A stretch of DNA of 64,000 nt, taken from NCBI RefSeq assembly GCF_006345805.1, contig NC_043009.1:9114001-9178000 (forward strand), in the 5' to 3' direction. Positions 25,093 to 38,068 of this stretch are shown here, piece after piece. The DNA comes from Octopus sinensis (taxonomy: Eukaryota). Position 1 is the stretch's first letter, and every line of letters starts with the position of its first letter. The notes below the pieces were generated by a model. The model was not told the DNA's origin, did no database searches, and saw nothing but the letters and a program-made list of their open reading frames with translations. The position numbers were made by a program, and so were the translations under genes.

Positions 25093-25804
25093 GTTTATAT
25101 ATGTATAAATATGTATATGTATAAATATATAAACACAAGCATATATATATGTGTGTGTGTGTGTGTGTGTATGTTTGTGTGTAAGTATAAATTTTTCCAA
25201 TAATCCTGAGATGTTTATAAGCACTGGTGTTTAGTTTAACTCTTTGGTATTAAATAGATAAAAGACCAGATGAGAGTCTATTGCAGATAACATCAAAAAT
25301 AAAATTATGCTTCTCAAATACACAGTGAAACACTCACATATTGTAGAAGCACATTTCGGTAGATTCAAACTTAGTGCTCCACACGAAATAGGCTAATACT
25401 TTAGACATCCAGCTAGTTTGTTTCTATATTATTGACATTATAGTACCTGTCTCTATTGCTGGCTGAATTGTTGGCTCATCATACGAAATGCTTTGTTGCA
25501 TTTCTTTTGACTTTTTACATTCCGAGTTCAAATTCCACTGAAGTCGACTTTGCCTTTCATCCTTCATGGTTGATAAAATAAAGTACCAGTCAGGATTGGA
25601 GTTGATGTAATCAACTTCCCCTCTCTTCTCAAAATTGCTGGCACTGTGCCAAAGTTAGAAAGCGTTATTATTTTCAATGTTAGAAATAGTTTCAAAGAAT
25701 CAAATATACATGGATAAATGTATTAAGCATTTATGTTTCAGCATGTTGGGGATATCATAAAAGGACTTAATATGTATTTATTTAAAGTTTGCCTATAGTA
25801 TTGT

Positions 25805-26132
25805 GAAGGCACATGGCTCAGTGGTTAGGGCATCGAGCTTACGATCATGAGGTTGTGAGTTCGAATCCAGGACCGGGCTGCGTGTTGTGTTCTTGAGCAA
25901 GGCACTTTATTTCACGTTGCTCCAGTTCACTCAGCTGTAGAAATGAGTTGCGACGTCACTGGTGCCAAGCTGTATCGGCCCCTTTGCCATTCCATTGGAT
26001 AACATCGTTGGCATGGAGAAAGAAGGTTGATATGCATTGGCGACTGCTGGTCTTCCATAAACAACCTTGCTCGGACTTTTGCCTGGGAGTGTAACTTTCT
26101 AGGTGCAATCAGTCATGACCGAAGGGGGTCTC
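25805..26132 (+). mobile_element. tRNA-derived SINE family C
   Basis: Head catggctcagtggttagggc...gagttcgaatcc, cttgagcaaggcact, ccagttcactcagctg. A minus copy lies at about 2512-2845. Confidence 0.8.
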
Positions 26133-27068
26133 GTCCTATACCAGTTATGCTAGAAGTGAAATGGCTGAGTGCATGTGGTATTAGACTGCCTATTTTGGGT
26201 GTGTGAGTTCAAATCTTCTATAGGTGTTTTACTTTCCACATTTTTTGTTTTGAGTAGATCAGTTTAATCTTACATAATTCATTTATTCTTTAGCTAAGAC
26301 AAGTTAACCAGAAGAGTAAGAGGATATGTAAGATCTTTACAGTTCCTTCAGACTGGTGATATTGATATATCTGATGTCAACATAAACATTTACAGCAAAC
26401 ATAGGTGTGGTTTGGTTTGAATACCTGTAACAAAGCAAACTCTGTTTAAGTCACAAGATGTCCAGGTGTTGGTGTTATACTCTGTTAATAATAGGCACCA
26501 GATCATCTGTGAATGTAACAGACTTGTTCCTTGTCCACACTGAGATTTATCTGTTTATCCTTCATTTGCTTAAGAAAGTAATGAAACTCTAAAAGAAAAG
26601 AAAAGAAAAAAGTGGGATTAAAAGTAATTAAAGTATAATTCAAATAATCTTGAGGCCTTAGCTGAATATTGTTGTATCAGTATTTTTCCTCACTATTTCA
26701 CTTTGACAAGTGTATGTAATTTACCTATGTATTACTTTCATCATTTTCATCATCATTACCATCATCACCACCACTGCCACTATCACCACCACCATTTAAT
26801 GTCTATTTGCTATGCTAGCATGGGTTGGATGGTTTGATGGGATCTGGTGTTGCAGAGCCATGTTGAGTTCCCACATTAGCTATAACATGGTTTCTATAGC
26901 TGGATACCCTTCTTAACACAACGATATTTAACAGAATGGTTTCAGTGAGGTCGCCAAGTAACTTGCAAGACAAGAAAATGGAAAGAAGAAAGAAAAAGGG
27001 AAAAAGAAAAAGAGATGAAGAAGAATTCATGAACTTTTTGGGGTGGGGAAGATTTGGGACTGGTGTCA

Positions 27069-27296
27069 TTAACTCTTTAACATTCAGATTACTCTGTCAA
27101 ATGTAAAGCCTGTTTAATCACATTGTTTTAAATTAATTGTACAGCATCTTGTAACTCTGAGATTTTGATGATGTCCCTGTTTATTTTTAGAATGACTTTG
27201 TAGGGTAGGTGTGAGAGGTCAGAGCTGACTGGTTTGAGCATATAACAGGAAGACAATTTTGGCCTGATGTGGCCAGTTTAAACACTAAAGGGTTAA
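27069..27296. mobile_element. piggyBac-like TTAA MITE (second family)
   Basis: ttaa-ctctttaacattc ... aacactaaaggg-ttaa. Confidence 0.65.
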
Positions 27297-27718
27297 AAGA
27301 GGAAGTTATTCTCATTTGAACAAAATAGCTGATATTATATTGGCATTTTCCTTTTAACAAATCATCCTGTAGCTCTGTTCGTAGATATTGAATATGGGGA
27401 TAAGGAAATCACTTGCTAGAAAAACAAGTGAGGGTTAGCAACAGGAAAGCATCCAGCTATAGAGTAATGCTTCAATATAAACAAGTCTTCATCCAATCCA
27501 TGTTAGGATGGAAGAATAATAGGAAGTAGGTTGAATGACCAAATTCCATACAGTGTGATTCAGAAATCCCTTTATTGTATAAAAGATAAACAGATTAAAA
27601 TGCTAAAAGGATATATATATATATATATAATAATTATTTGAGGGAATATTATTCCTAACTTACAGGGAAAAATTCAATTTAGAAATATTAAATCAAATTT
27701 CACAAAATATAATATATC

Positions 27719-28097
27719 TATAAAAATTAGAAAAAACCCACCTTTTATCAATTCAAAATGTACAATTAAATTATACCATCTAGAAAATTTCATATAATAG
27801 AAATATTAAAAATAAAATAACAATAATATACCAATGATTAAGTAAATTGCAAAATAATAATAAAAACGTATATATTTGGTATATATATAATATATATATA
27901 AAAACGTATATATATGTAATAAAAACTATATATATATATATATATATACGTTTTTATTATTATTTTGCAATTTGGTTAATCATTGGTATATTATTGTTAT
28001 TTTAATTTTAATATTTCTATTATATGTAATTTTCTAGATGGTATAATTTAATTGTTCATTTCGAATTGATAAAAGGTGGTTTTTTCTAATTTTTATA
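27719..28097. repeat. About 155-bp inverted repeat around a (TA)n spacer
   Basis: 27719-27875 versus 27942-28097, highly similar. Confidence 0.85.
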
Positions 28098-28276
28098 TAT
28101 ATGCTAGCGCGGAAAACGGACGTTAAACGATGATGATGATGATATATATATAAATTCTTCCTTTACTACTACTTCTGTCTACTTACACCACAGCTAATTT
28201 TCATTCTCATTACTCCACCTAACAAAGGAACACCCTGCATGCTGTCAACTTTTTCTTTGTAAAAATAGATAAATAT

Positions 28277-28695
28277 AGGTGCAGGAGTGGCTGTGTGGTA
28301 AGTAGCTTGCTAACCAACCACATGGTTCAGGGTTCAGTCCCACTGCATGGCATCTTGGGCAAGTGTCTTCTGCTATAGCCCCGGGCCGACCAATGCCTTG
28401 TGAGTGGATTTGGTAGACGGAAACTGAAAGAAGCCTGTCGTATATATATGTATATATATATGTGTATGTGTACGTTTGTGTGTCTGTGTTTGTCCCCCTA
28501 GCATTGCTTGACAACCGATGCTGGTGTGTTTATGTCCCCGTTACTTAGCGGTTCGGCAAAAAAGACCGATAGAATAAGTACTGGGCTTACAAAGAATAAG
28601 TCCTGGGGTCGATTTGCTCGACTAAAGGCGGTGCTCCAGCATGGCCGCAGTCAAAATGACTGAAACAAGTAAAAGAGTAGAAGAGTAAAAGAGTA
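28277..28695 (+). mobile_element. tRNA-derived CORE-like SINE, family A (central microsatellite, aaaagagt tail)
   Basis: Head tggctgtgtggtaagtagcttgc, B box ggttcagtccc, ccttgggcaagt CORE-like motif, (TA/TG)n, and a 3' half ending (aaaagagt)n. Confidence 0.85.
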
Positions 28696-28975
28696 TGTAT
28701 TATTACTAAAAAGTATTGAGTGATCCTTCAGTTTAATGTCAAATTGTTTTAATACACATAAATCTTTTTGTATTCAGATATAAAATAGGAGCAGCACTAG
28801 TGTAATAAACATTATCAACCACACATACTTAACGACAAACACACAAAGCATATATGTTAAGTATCTGTGGTCGATAATATTTATATATATGTGTGTGTGT
28901 ATGTGTGTGTCTCTTTCTCTTTCTTCCTATACTATCATGATATATCTGACCAAATCTTTTTTTTCTTATAATCAG

Positions 28976-29179
28976 ATTTCAACAGCAGGATGAAGACCTT
29001 GGAGGAGTTTTACATATGAGGAAGCAACCGTAATACTATTGTTTACAATGTTTAGAACCAAGGTACACGGAAGTATATAACTTGTAGCACTTAGTTGACC
29101 AATGCAAATTGTGGGAAAAAAACGGACTTAAAACTTATGATGTTCATCCTCTCATTATGAGCAGAGACTGTACAATTCA
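28976..29179 (+). other. CYB5RL: Probable 5' UTR part of the CYB5RL start-codon exon
   Basis: Strong acceptor ttttttttcttataatcag| at 28975 with unique sequence up to the ATG. An alternative nearer acceptor (tgagcag| at 29164) cannot be excluded. Confidence 0.45.
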
Positions 29180-29377
29180 ATGTCTTCTGGTGCTGAAAAT
29201 TTGCAATCTGCTCCTGCAACAGCAGAATCAAAGCCTCAGAAACCATCTGAAAGTGAGTGTTGTGGAAGTGGATGCAAACCATGTGTTTTCGATATCTATG
29301 AACAAAGGTTAAAAGCTTGGGAAAAAGAACAGCAACGCTATAGACTGTCTTCAGAGATCCACAATGTAGAAACTTTG
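29180..29377 (+). CDS. CYB5RL: CYB5RL coding exon 1 (oxidoreductase-like N-terminal Cys-rich domain)
   Basis: Translates MSSGAENLQSAPATAESKPQKPSESECCGSGCKPCVFDIYEQRLKAWEKEQQRYRLSSEIHNVETL. The P-x-P-x-x-x-CCGSGC-x-PCVFD-x-Y motif matches the N-terminus of CYB5RL/OXLD1-type proteins. In-frame upstream stop at 29138-29140. Donor ttg|gtaagt at 29378, phase 0. Confidence 0.9.
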
Positions 29378-29563
29378 GTAAGTATTTGAATATTTTATTT
29401 CATTTCTCTGTTGGTCAGTTTGTGTTTGTTGTTGTGCTTGTGGTTGTCATACTTCTCTGTTTCCACACTGAATTTACATCGTTGGTAGTTTTGAGTTTAG
29501 CTCTGCAATGTCAACAAAACCGTCATCAATTACGCTTTTGTCAGCTACAGATGTAAGCTGCAT

Positions 29564-29600
<37 letters not shown>

Positions 29601-29891
29601 GTGTTTTTGGTGTTTTATTTTAAAACTCAATTCTTTATATAAACCTTGGGATTATCACTGCTAAAATGCTTTCCACCATAGTTTTCTTTATCGTCCCTTC
29701 AGATCATACCTTACTGTCATAAATTAGGAAAGGACACATTGAAGTATTATTTATGTGTGTGTGTAGTGTGTATGTATATATATATCATCATCAAATGATG
29801 ATGATGATGATGATATATACATACATACATACACACATGCAAACACACACATATATATATATTTTGTAAATCGAAATTGAACCAAATTCAA

Positions 29892-30355
29892 TGACTGACA
29901 CCTGTGCCAGTGGAGCGCTAACAGCTCCATCCGAGTGGGATCATTGCCAGAGCAGTTAACTGGCTTCCATGCCGGTGGCACGTAAAAAGCACCATTTGAG
30001 TGTGATCGTTACCAGCATTGCCTTACTGGCACTTGTGCCGGTGGCACGTGAACAAAACATTCGAGCGAGGTTGTTGCCAGTGCCGCTGGACTGACTCCTG
30101 TGCGGGTGGCATGTAAAAAACACCATTTGGGCGTGGCCGTTGCCAGTTCCGCCAGACTGACTCTCGTGCCGGTGGCATGTAAAAGCACCCACTACACTCA
30201 CGGAGTGGTTGGCATTAGGAAGGGCATCCAGCTGTAGAAACACTGCCAGATCAGACTGGAGTCTGGTGCAGCCTTCTCGCTTCCCAGACCATAGTCAAAC
30301 TGTCCAACCCATGCTAGCATGGAAAATGGACGTTAAACAATGATGATGATGATGA
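29892..30355 (+). mobile_element. RTE 3' UTR copy (second subfamily)
   Basis: Modules contain aagcaccatttgagtgtgatcgttaccagc. (GAT)n tail. Confidence 0.8.
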
Positions 30356-30489
30356 CTGAAGTTATTGCTACATGAAGAAGTCTGAAATTGCTACAATCCT
30401 TAAGATGTCAAATGGTTAAGTAAATATAATTATCTCTCTTACTGCCTGTTTTTTTATGCTATAAATATGTGTGTGTGTGTATATATATT

Positions 30490-30523
<34 letters not shown>

Positions 30524-30767
30524 TATATATGCACACACTCACACATATAATTTGCTCATAAAAAGAGACAACATTTAATGACTTGGTATTTGGGAAATGA
30601 TGAAGGCCATCTTTTTCCCATTGGCACAGGAACTCTATGATTAAGGAGCTTGCTTCCTAACCATATGGTTTTGGAACTGCATCCAAAACTGTGCGGCACC
30701 TTGGAAAAGTATCATGCACCAATCAAAGCTTTGTGAGTCAGTTTGGTTAAGGAAAACTAAAAGAAGC

Positions 30768-30811
<44 letters not shown>

Positions 30812-30815
<4 letters not shown>

Positions 30816-30985
30816 CATGATTACCGTGACCGACCAGGCTATCAGATGTTGCTACACATCGCTGGTCACCATGCACTTCGCATTGTTTTAGCCTTCAAAT
30901 GACACCACCCCGTTGGCTAAGTGAGCAGGCCAACAGAAGAAAGAGTGAGAGAAAGTTGTGGTGAAAGAGTACAGCAGGGATTCCA
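30812..30985 (-). mobile_element. SINE 3' fragment sharing a segment with family D
   Basis: Contains gagtgagagaaagttgtggtgaaagagt. Second copy at about 38505-38616. Confidence 0.6.
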
Positions 30986-31396
30986 CTTTGAGAAACATTG
31001 CTGTGAGGCATATTTGTGTTGTGAACATTTACTTGTGAGTAAATAAAAATAAACAAATATTAAAATTAAAGAACATTTATGAATTTTCATGTCTATATAA
31101 AGAATGTAGGTAGACAAAGTTAATTATCCATTCAGATGCATATCTTCATTAATGATATTTTTAATCAAGCAATCTAAAATATAGATTAGTTGGTAATGCA
31201 GGTATGTTTGGAGATCATTTTGTGATTAAAAGAAGTTAACAAAATCAGAGGGAAAATAATATTTCATTATATTATTTTGTTTTAAATTGTTGTCAGTTCT
31301 TACATATTTAATCAAGGTGTATTAAACATAAACATTCAGACATTTGACTAAAATTATTTTTCCTCACCTCATATTTATTTCCAGTTAATGTTTTAA

Positions 31397-31625
31397 ATGC
31401 TCCCATCATTTCATCCATCCATCTTCTCCACCCACAATTCCTGGGAGGGTCATAAGGACAGTGTCCTCAGGCACCTTCTCCAAAGGGTCCTATCAGAAGC
31501 AACCATCGTCACACTTTCTGGCTGTATTCCTACGCATGAGCAACTGAGACCAGTGGTTATTACCCAAACATCTCATTCTTGGTCAACCTCTCGGTTTCCC
31601 ATCAGTTGGTTTGACTTGAAGAATC
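31397..31625 (-). mobile_element. Decayed RTE-like 3' end (third family)
   Basis: Minus translation ILQVKPTDGKPRG*PR..., then SDRTLWRRCLRTL in another frame, resembles the RTE C-terminal GRPR motif region. Confidence 0.5.
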
Positions 31626-32024
31626 TGTCCTATGGTTGTGAAACTGTTTCCGGAGGACAATGCAGTCTTTCAGGATGATAATGCACCAATTCACACAGCT
31701 AAAGTTGTTACTGAATGGCACGAGGAATGTTCTAGTGAAGTTGAACATCTTATCTGGTCACCACAGTCCTCAGATCTCAATATTTATGGCGCATTTTAGA
31801 AAAATAAGTAAGGAGTCGATATCCTCCACCATCATCACTACAAGAACTAGAGACTGTCTTAGCTGAAGAATGGACAAAAATTCCTTTGGAAATAATTCAA
31901 ACTTTGTATGAGTCCATACCTCATAGAATTCAAGCTGTAATTACTGCCAAAGGCGGTCCTACCCCATATTAAAATAAATTTGTTTGAAATTTTAAGGTGT
32001 TTCCATTATTTTGTTCAACCTCTG
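31622..32024 (+). mobile_element. Tc1-family transposon 3' fragment with right TIR
   Basis: LFPEDNAVFQDDNAPIHTAKVV...WSPQSSDLN...EEWTKIP..IQTLYESIPHRIQAVITAKGGPTPY*. Ends ttttgttcaacctctg-ta. Confidence 0.85.
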
Positions 32025-32355
32025 TATATATATTCGTGTTTATACAATCAGATTCCAGATTCGAAAGAGATTGGTGTTGGTCTCTGCACCAGCAAAACTT
32101 GTATTAATTAGTAAAATCAACAAAAAAGTGTACCGTGAACTTACTGTGGGGAGAGGGGAAAACGCAATGTTTCAGACAGAATCCTTTGTCAGGGAAAAGT
32201 TGCCAGGAGAGGAATAAAAGAGAGATGGCTGTTTTACATCCTCTAAGCTGGAAAAACTGGCTCTCAATGTTTACAGACTCTCAATGTTCTGTCCCCTATG
32301 GCATGTTCACTGTACTTTTTTGCCAATTTTAAATATATATACATATGTATATATA

Positions 32356-33398
32356 TCATCATCATCGTTTAACGTCCGTTTTCCATGCTAGCATGGGTTG
32401 GACGGTTCAATTGGGGTCTGGGAAGCCAGGAGGCTGCACCAGGCTCCAGTCTGATCTGGCAGTGTTTCTACAGCTGGATGCCCTTCCTAACACCACTCAC
32501 TCTGTGAGAATAGTGGGTGCTTTTTACGTGCCACCGACACAGGGGCCAGAGGAGGCTGGCAATGGCCACGATTGGCTGGTGCTTTTTTACGTGCCACCAG
32601 CACGGAAGCCAGTCAGGGTGGCGCTGGCATCGGCCATGTTTGGATGGTGCTTTTTACGTGCCACTGGCATGGGTATCACAACTACAATTTCCATTTGATT
32701 TTTATTTTGATGTTGATGTACTTGACTCAATAGGTCTCCTCAAGCACAGCAGGTCACCCCACAATCCAAGGTAAGCACAGCAGGTTGTTCTGCAATCTAA
32801 GGTACTTTGAATGGGCTGGGGCTGGTTATGCAAAACTGGTGTAGGATACAGCCGTGAACTCACTTTATTTGTCGGGTCTTCACAGTCACAGCATATCTCC
32901 AGAGGTCTCGGTCTTTCGTCATTGCCTCTGTGAGACCCAACATTCGAAGGTCATGTTTGACAACCTCATCCCATGTCTTCCTGGGTCTACCTCTACCCTG
33001 GATTCCTTCAACAGTTTGAGAGTGGCACTTCTTCACATATCTCTCTTCATCCATCCATAGTACATGACCATACCAGCGCAAATGTTTCTCTTGCATTCCA
33101 CATCTGATGCTTCTTATGTCCAACATTTCTCTCAGGGCGCTTACACTCTGTCATGTGTGCACACTGACATTACACATCCAGCGGATCATGCTAGCTTCAT
33201 TTCTTTTGAGCCTACGCATGTCCTCCACAGTCACGGCCCATGTTTCACTACCGTGAAGCATGGCAGTTTGCACACATGCATCATACAATCTACCTTTCAC
33301 TCTGAATGAGAGGCCCTTTGTCACCAGTAGGGGTAGGATCTTTCTGAACTTTGCCCAGGCTATTCTTATTCTAGTGGTAACACTCTCTGAGCTTTCAA
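32356..33398 (-). mobile_element. RTE-clade LINE, 5'-truncated, with ORF C-terminus, 3' UTR and (GAT)n tail
   Basis: Minus ORFs read RIRIAWAKFRKILPLLVTKGLSFRVKGRLYDACVQTAMLHGSETW and LRWYGHVLWM...GRGRPRKTWDEVVKHDL...DRDLWR. The 3' UTR is shared with many short copies in the window. Confidence 0.9.
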
Positions 33399-33412
33399 TA
33401 TATATATATATA

Positions 33413-33625
33413 TGAGACGGGTGCTGAAATGTTCCTGACTCTAAGGGTATTGCAAAAGGCCTGGTTGAAGGCCCATCCATCCAAGTTCTTTTACCAGGCT
33501 TAGAAAAACTGAAGGACCGCTGCAATAAATGGTGTGAATTTGAGAGGAGAACATGTTGAATAAAATCATAATTAACTGATCTTCCTGCATTTTTTCTCCA
33601 AAGCCAGGAACTTTACAGCGCATCC

Positions 33626-33628
<3 letters not shown>
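33413..33628. mobile_element. mariner-type MITE, same family as 5900-6116
   Basis: Matching TIRs and interior in the opposite orientation. Confidence 0.7.
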
Positions 33629-33676
<48 letters not shown>

Positions 33677-34090
33677 TGTATATATATATTATATAAAATC
33701 CATTCTGGCTGTCTGTGTGTGTCTTCTAGGATCTCGGGCATTCTCCATCTGATTGTGCTCAAATTTGATATGTAGATACCAACAGTATCAGGGCGTGTAT
33801 AAGTCTTGAAAAAATTACAACAATCGATTCCAAATGAGAATGCAATCGATAAAGCCATGGGAACGTGCATTTGTAAAATCGCTTTTCTTGGAATAGAAAA
33901 AAAGTCTATCTTTATTTCTTCTTTTGCTGGTGTCTCAAATTTAGGTTAAATCAGTGTTTCTCAAAGGGGAGGCCTATGGGACGGTCGGACAAGTTGTTTT
34001 GAGAAAATTTGGTTTAAATGTTTGACAACTCAGCACCGTCCATTGGACGAGGGTGGGGGGCGTTTTGCTCATATGTATATATATATATAT

Positions 34091-34712
34091 ATCCTCAAAT
34101 CCTTAAATCCTTAAAAATGTTTTAGCCTGAAGGCCGCGGCCATGCTGGGGCGCCACCACTGAATGAGCTACACTAATATGTGAATCCACCTCTGATATGT
34201 GGCACTTGATCAACAAGGGAGTTCGATGCTGTTGCCCGCATCTGCGTCTCCTGTCATGAGGTAGGTTCATCTGGGGCTCCCGACAAGAAGAGATCCAGTT
34301 TAGTTTTAAAGAAACCCACATCCACACCATGTAAGTCTCTTAGGCATTTAGGGAGGATGTTAAAGAGCTGTGGTCCTCTGAAACCCTAGCTGTTGCAGTA
34401 TCTGGACCTGTATTTTGATGGTGATGTTGGAATCTTTGGCACCATGCAGTGGCACCCCGTTCTGCGGTTGGGGTAACTTTGAATGCCAAAGTTTGGGACA
34501 AGACCCTCCAGGATTTTCCAGATGTATATCACTGCATATCTCTCCCGTCTCCGCTCTAGGGAAAAGAGGTTTAATACTTTCAGTCTTTCCCAGTAGCTGA
34601 TATTTTGCATTGAGACGGTCTTCTTTGTGTAGCTTCTCTGAATTGCTTCGAGTTCTGCTGTTAGTTTTATATTGTGTGGTGACCATAGTTGGGAGCAGTA
34701 GTCCAAGTGGCT
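34091..34712 (-). mobile_element. CR1-like LINE 3' fragment (second family)
   Basis: DYCSQLWSPH...LEAIQRSYTK...YWERLKVLNLFSLERRRERY, with an (AAGGATTT)n-like tail at 34091-34114. Confidence 0.8.
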
Positions 34713-36039
34713 GATATATCAGTATAAGATAAATTGTATGAACTGTTAGTAATTATGCAGATTTTATAATATTAAGTACATACGACTTAGTACAAATATG
34801 ATGTAGTTTTATTATGAAAAAGGTTTAGTTTTTCTCTTTAATGAACATATATTTTGTATCAGATGTAAAATTTAATATTATAATGAAATAGTAACCAGAG
34901 AAATGTATTATTAATGTATTATTGGAAAAACATAATCTAAAATAAAGGAAGTGATGTGGTGGTGGAAGAGTGTTTGTGTAATTATATATCTGTATTGGAT
35001 ATATTACTGTTTTCTGGATAAAGAAAACCATTAACATTATAGGTGATAATTAGAAGGATTGAGAGAGAAATACCGACAGGATGTTGAATTAGAAATAAAA
35101 TTGTACTTGTAAGAACTGTAGAAATGTAAATCTAGTTCTAATATAATTATAGAGTTATAAATTTAAAGGTAAGTTATCTAAAGGTTGAGTCAATAATGAG
35201 ATAATATGTGTGTGTTTGTGTGTGTGTGATTAAGTACTATTAGGTGTAATGAAATTATTAGGGTGGCCCCAATTTATATGTGTATGTGTGCAGGTATATA
35301 CATTTATAAATTACTGGGCATATTCTAATATTATGTCCTTTGTTCCTACTAAAATAAATAAAAAGGTAGTTCATTAATTTTTGAAATTTGGCTTCTGGTA
35401 GGAGCTAGTGAAGGTAGTTGGAAAAGAGGAAAGCTATAGTCGGGCTGTGGTGGAAGTTAGTTATAGAGGCTACGACTTCATCTATGTAGCATAGGCAATA
35501 AATTTGTCAGGAAATGACAAATTCATTGTCATTTCTCAGAGACTAAATGACACTAATATTAGAGAAAGTTAAATTTATCATCATTTATTGTATATTGTAC
35601 ATTGGTTAGAGAAGTATGAATGGAATATGGTTAAGTAAATTTTAAAGTATTTACGTCAGATTTTGTTGTAATAGTCAGTATAAGTTGGATAGTAGTTTCT
35701 TAACAATAGTCAAAAATCATTAGATATGGATGCATAGTATTAATGTTAGAAGAAAGTAGCATGAAGTAGGTAATAAAATTTTGCAATTATGGGTTGTGGA
35801 ATAAAGGAAAATGTTTAGATTTTTAATTTTGATATAGTTAAGTTCAATGTTCCAGTAATCAAAAGTTTTATAGTACAATGAGAGATTATATAAAATATCA
35901 AGTATGAAAGTTTTATTTGTAGAATGAGATGGAATAAGATGTTAATCTGATAAAGGGTCATGAGTTGGAACTAGTAGGTGGTGAATGTGGAGGTATTATG
36001 TAAAATATTTGCTTGTTAGTAGAGTTGTTCAAGAGTTTG

Positions 36040-36754
36040 AAATATCAGGAAGTTTCAATCTCTGCTGGTTTACTTGCTCGTCACCGCTCAACTCATGGAC
36101 ACAAGCAATGATTTCTTTACTGGATCGTTACTGGCGACGAAAAATGGTGCCTGTACATCAATATGAAGCAGCGTAAGGAATGGCTTAGCCTCGGTAAACA
36201 AGCGTCACCAAACGTGAAACAAGATCTTCATCCGTGTAAAACAATGTTGTGCGTATGGTGAAACTGGGAGGGGATTATCCATTACGAATTGCTTGAATGG
36301 AACCAAACAGTCAATGCGGAACTCTATGTTCAACAGATGGAACGACTCAACATGGCTATTCAAGAGAAAAGACCTAATCAGCAGCATGGAGTTCTTCTGC
36401 TGCACGACATCGCCCGCCCTCATATCACTAGTATGACCAAGGAAGCATGGCTGAGAAGTGCTGATTTGGCATCTCCTGATTTGGCACCAATGGATTTCCA
36501 CCTCTTTCGATCTCTTTCAAATGCTATGTGCGGAGTTTCGTTCAGTACTGATGTAGAATTGAGAGCTTGTGTTGGATCAGTTTTTCGAGTAGAAATCGGG
36601 TGATTTCTACCAACGAGGTATTGAAAATCTTGTTGAATGTTGGGAAGAACAACAAGGGTGAATACATTATTGATTAATTAGTTGTTATTTTTTATTAAAC
36701 CTTTAGAAAAATTTGAATTTAAAAAAACGGCAGGAACTTAGTTGCCAACGCAAT
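36040..36754 (+). mobile_element. mariner transposon 3' fragment (DD34D region) with right TIR
   Basis: IVTGDEKW, KTMLCVW, LLHDIARPH and SPDLAPMDFHLF motifs with stops and frameshifts. TIR-like ggaacttagttgccaacgcaa-ta. Confidence 0.85.
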
Positions 36755-37115
36755 AGATAGATAAATATATGTGTATGTGCTTGTTTATGTATATTAGTGT
36801 TCACCCATATACATCATTACAGCTATTTTCTTACTAGAGTTAATATTTAAGCAAAATAAAACCGAGATATAAAAGTACAATACAACTGTTTAAATAAGAC
36901 TATTGTGTTTTTTTTTTTAAAATAATACTTCATTTTTGGTTAATTAAAGACATACTCACAAGTGCTTAATGAAAATATATTTTGACAATTTAGATGTTAT
37001 TCTTTGAAAGTACACATTCTTTTCCATGTTTTGAAGAATATTATTTTTGATGGATTGACACTATAATTATATTGAAATGAAAGATTACTTCTGATTTATT
37101 TCTTCAATATCAATA

Positions 37116-37137
37116 AATAATAATAATGATAATAATG

Positions 37138-37216
<79 letters not shown>

Positions 37217-37242
37217 TAATAATAATAATAATAATAATAATG

Positions 37243-37282
<40 letters not shown>

Positions 37283-37323
37283 TAATAATAATAATGATAA
37301 TAATAATAATAATAATAATAATG

Positions 37324-37360
<37 letters not shown>

Positions 37361-37386
37361 TAATAATAATAATAATAATAATAATG

Positions 37387-37420
<34 letters not shown>

Positions 37421-37437
37421 TAATAATAATAATAATG

Positions 37438-37471
<34 letters not shown>

Positions 37472-37607
37472 TAATAATAATAATAATAATAATAATGATA
37501 ATAATAATAATAATAATAATGATAATAATAATAATGATAATAATAATAATAATAATAATAATGATAATAATAATAATAATAATAATGATAATAATAATAA
37601 TAATATG
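37116..37607. repeat. (AAT)n microsatellite of about 490 bp with GAT interruptions
   Basis: Read directly from the sequence. Confidence 0.98.
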
Positions 37608-37699
37608 ATGTAATATCACACTGAAATATTTTCAGAACATCAAATTGATGTTATATATTTTAAAAATGCACACACGTGTGCATGCACACACGTGTGCAT

Positions 37700-37734
<35 letters not shown>

Positions 37735-38068
37735 CATGCATGCATGCACATGCACATGTGCACATACTCTCTCTCTCTCTTACTTTTTCCCTTTCTCTTT
37801 TTGTCCCTCTCTCTCTTTCTCCTTTGACTTTCTCTTTCTTTCTGTCTGTCTCTCTACCCCCACCCCTACCCTCACTAACCATCTCTATCTCTTTTCCTAT
37901 CTCACCTTTTCTCTGTATATCTGAAACTGTATCTGTCCTTTCAGTCTCTGTATCTAGTTCTCACTAGGATGTCTGAAATTTCTACCCTTACCCTCTCTCA
38001 GTTGTAGCATTGTTCTTCTTCTCATACCTATCTCACATATACGCACCTGACTGTTTTTATAAATACAA

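Noticed and set aside
29180-29389. Standalone OXLD1-type single-domain gene
   Set aside because: A phase-matched donor and two downstream reductase exons show the domain belongs to CYB5RL.
34720-36030. Nuclear mitochondrial insertion suggested by strand skew
   Set aside because: No mitochondrial gene or rRNA motif was recognised in the parts I translated.
37110-37619. Poly-Ile ORFs on both strands
   Set aside because: Artefact of the (AAT)n tract.
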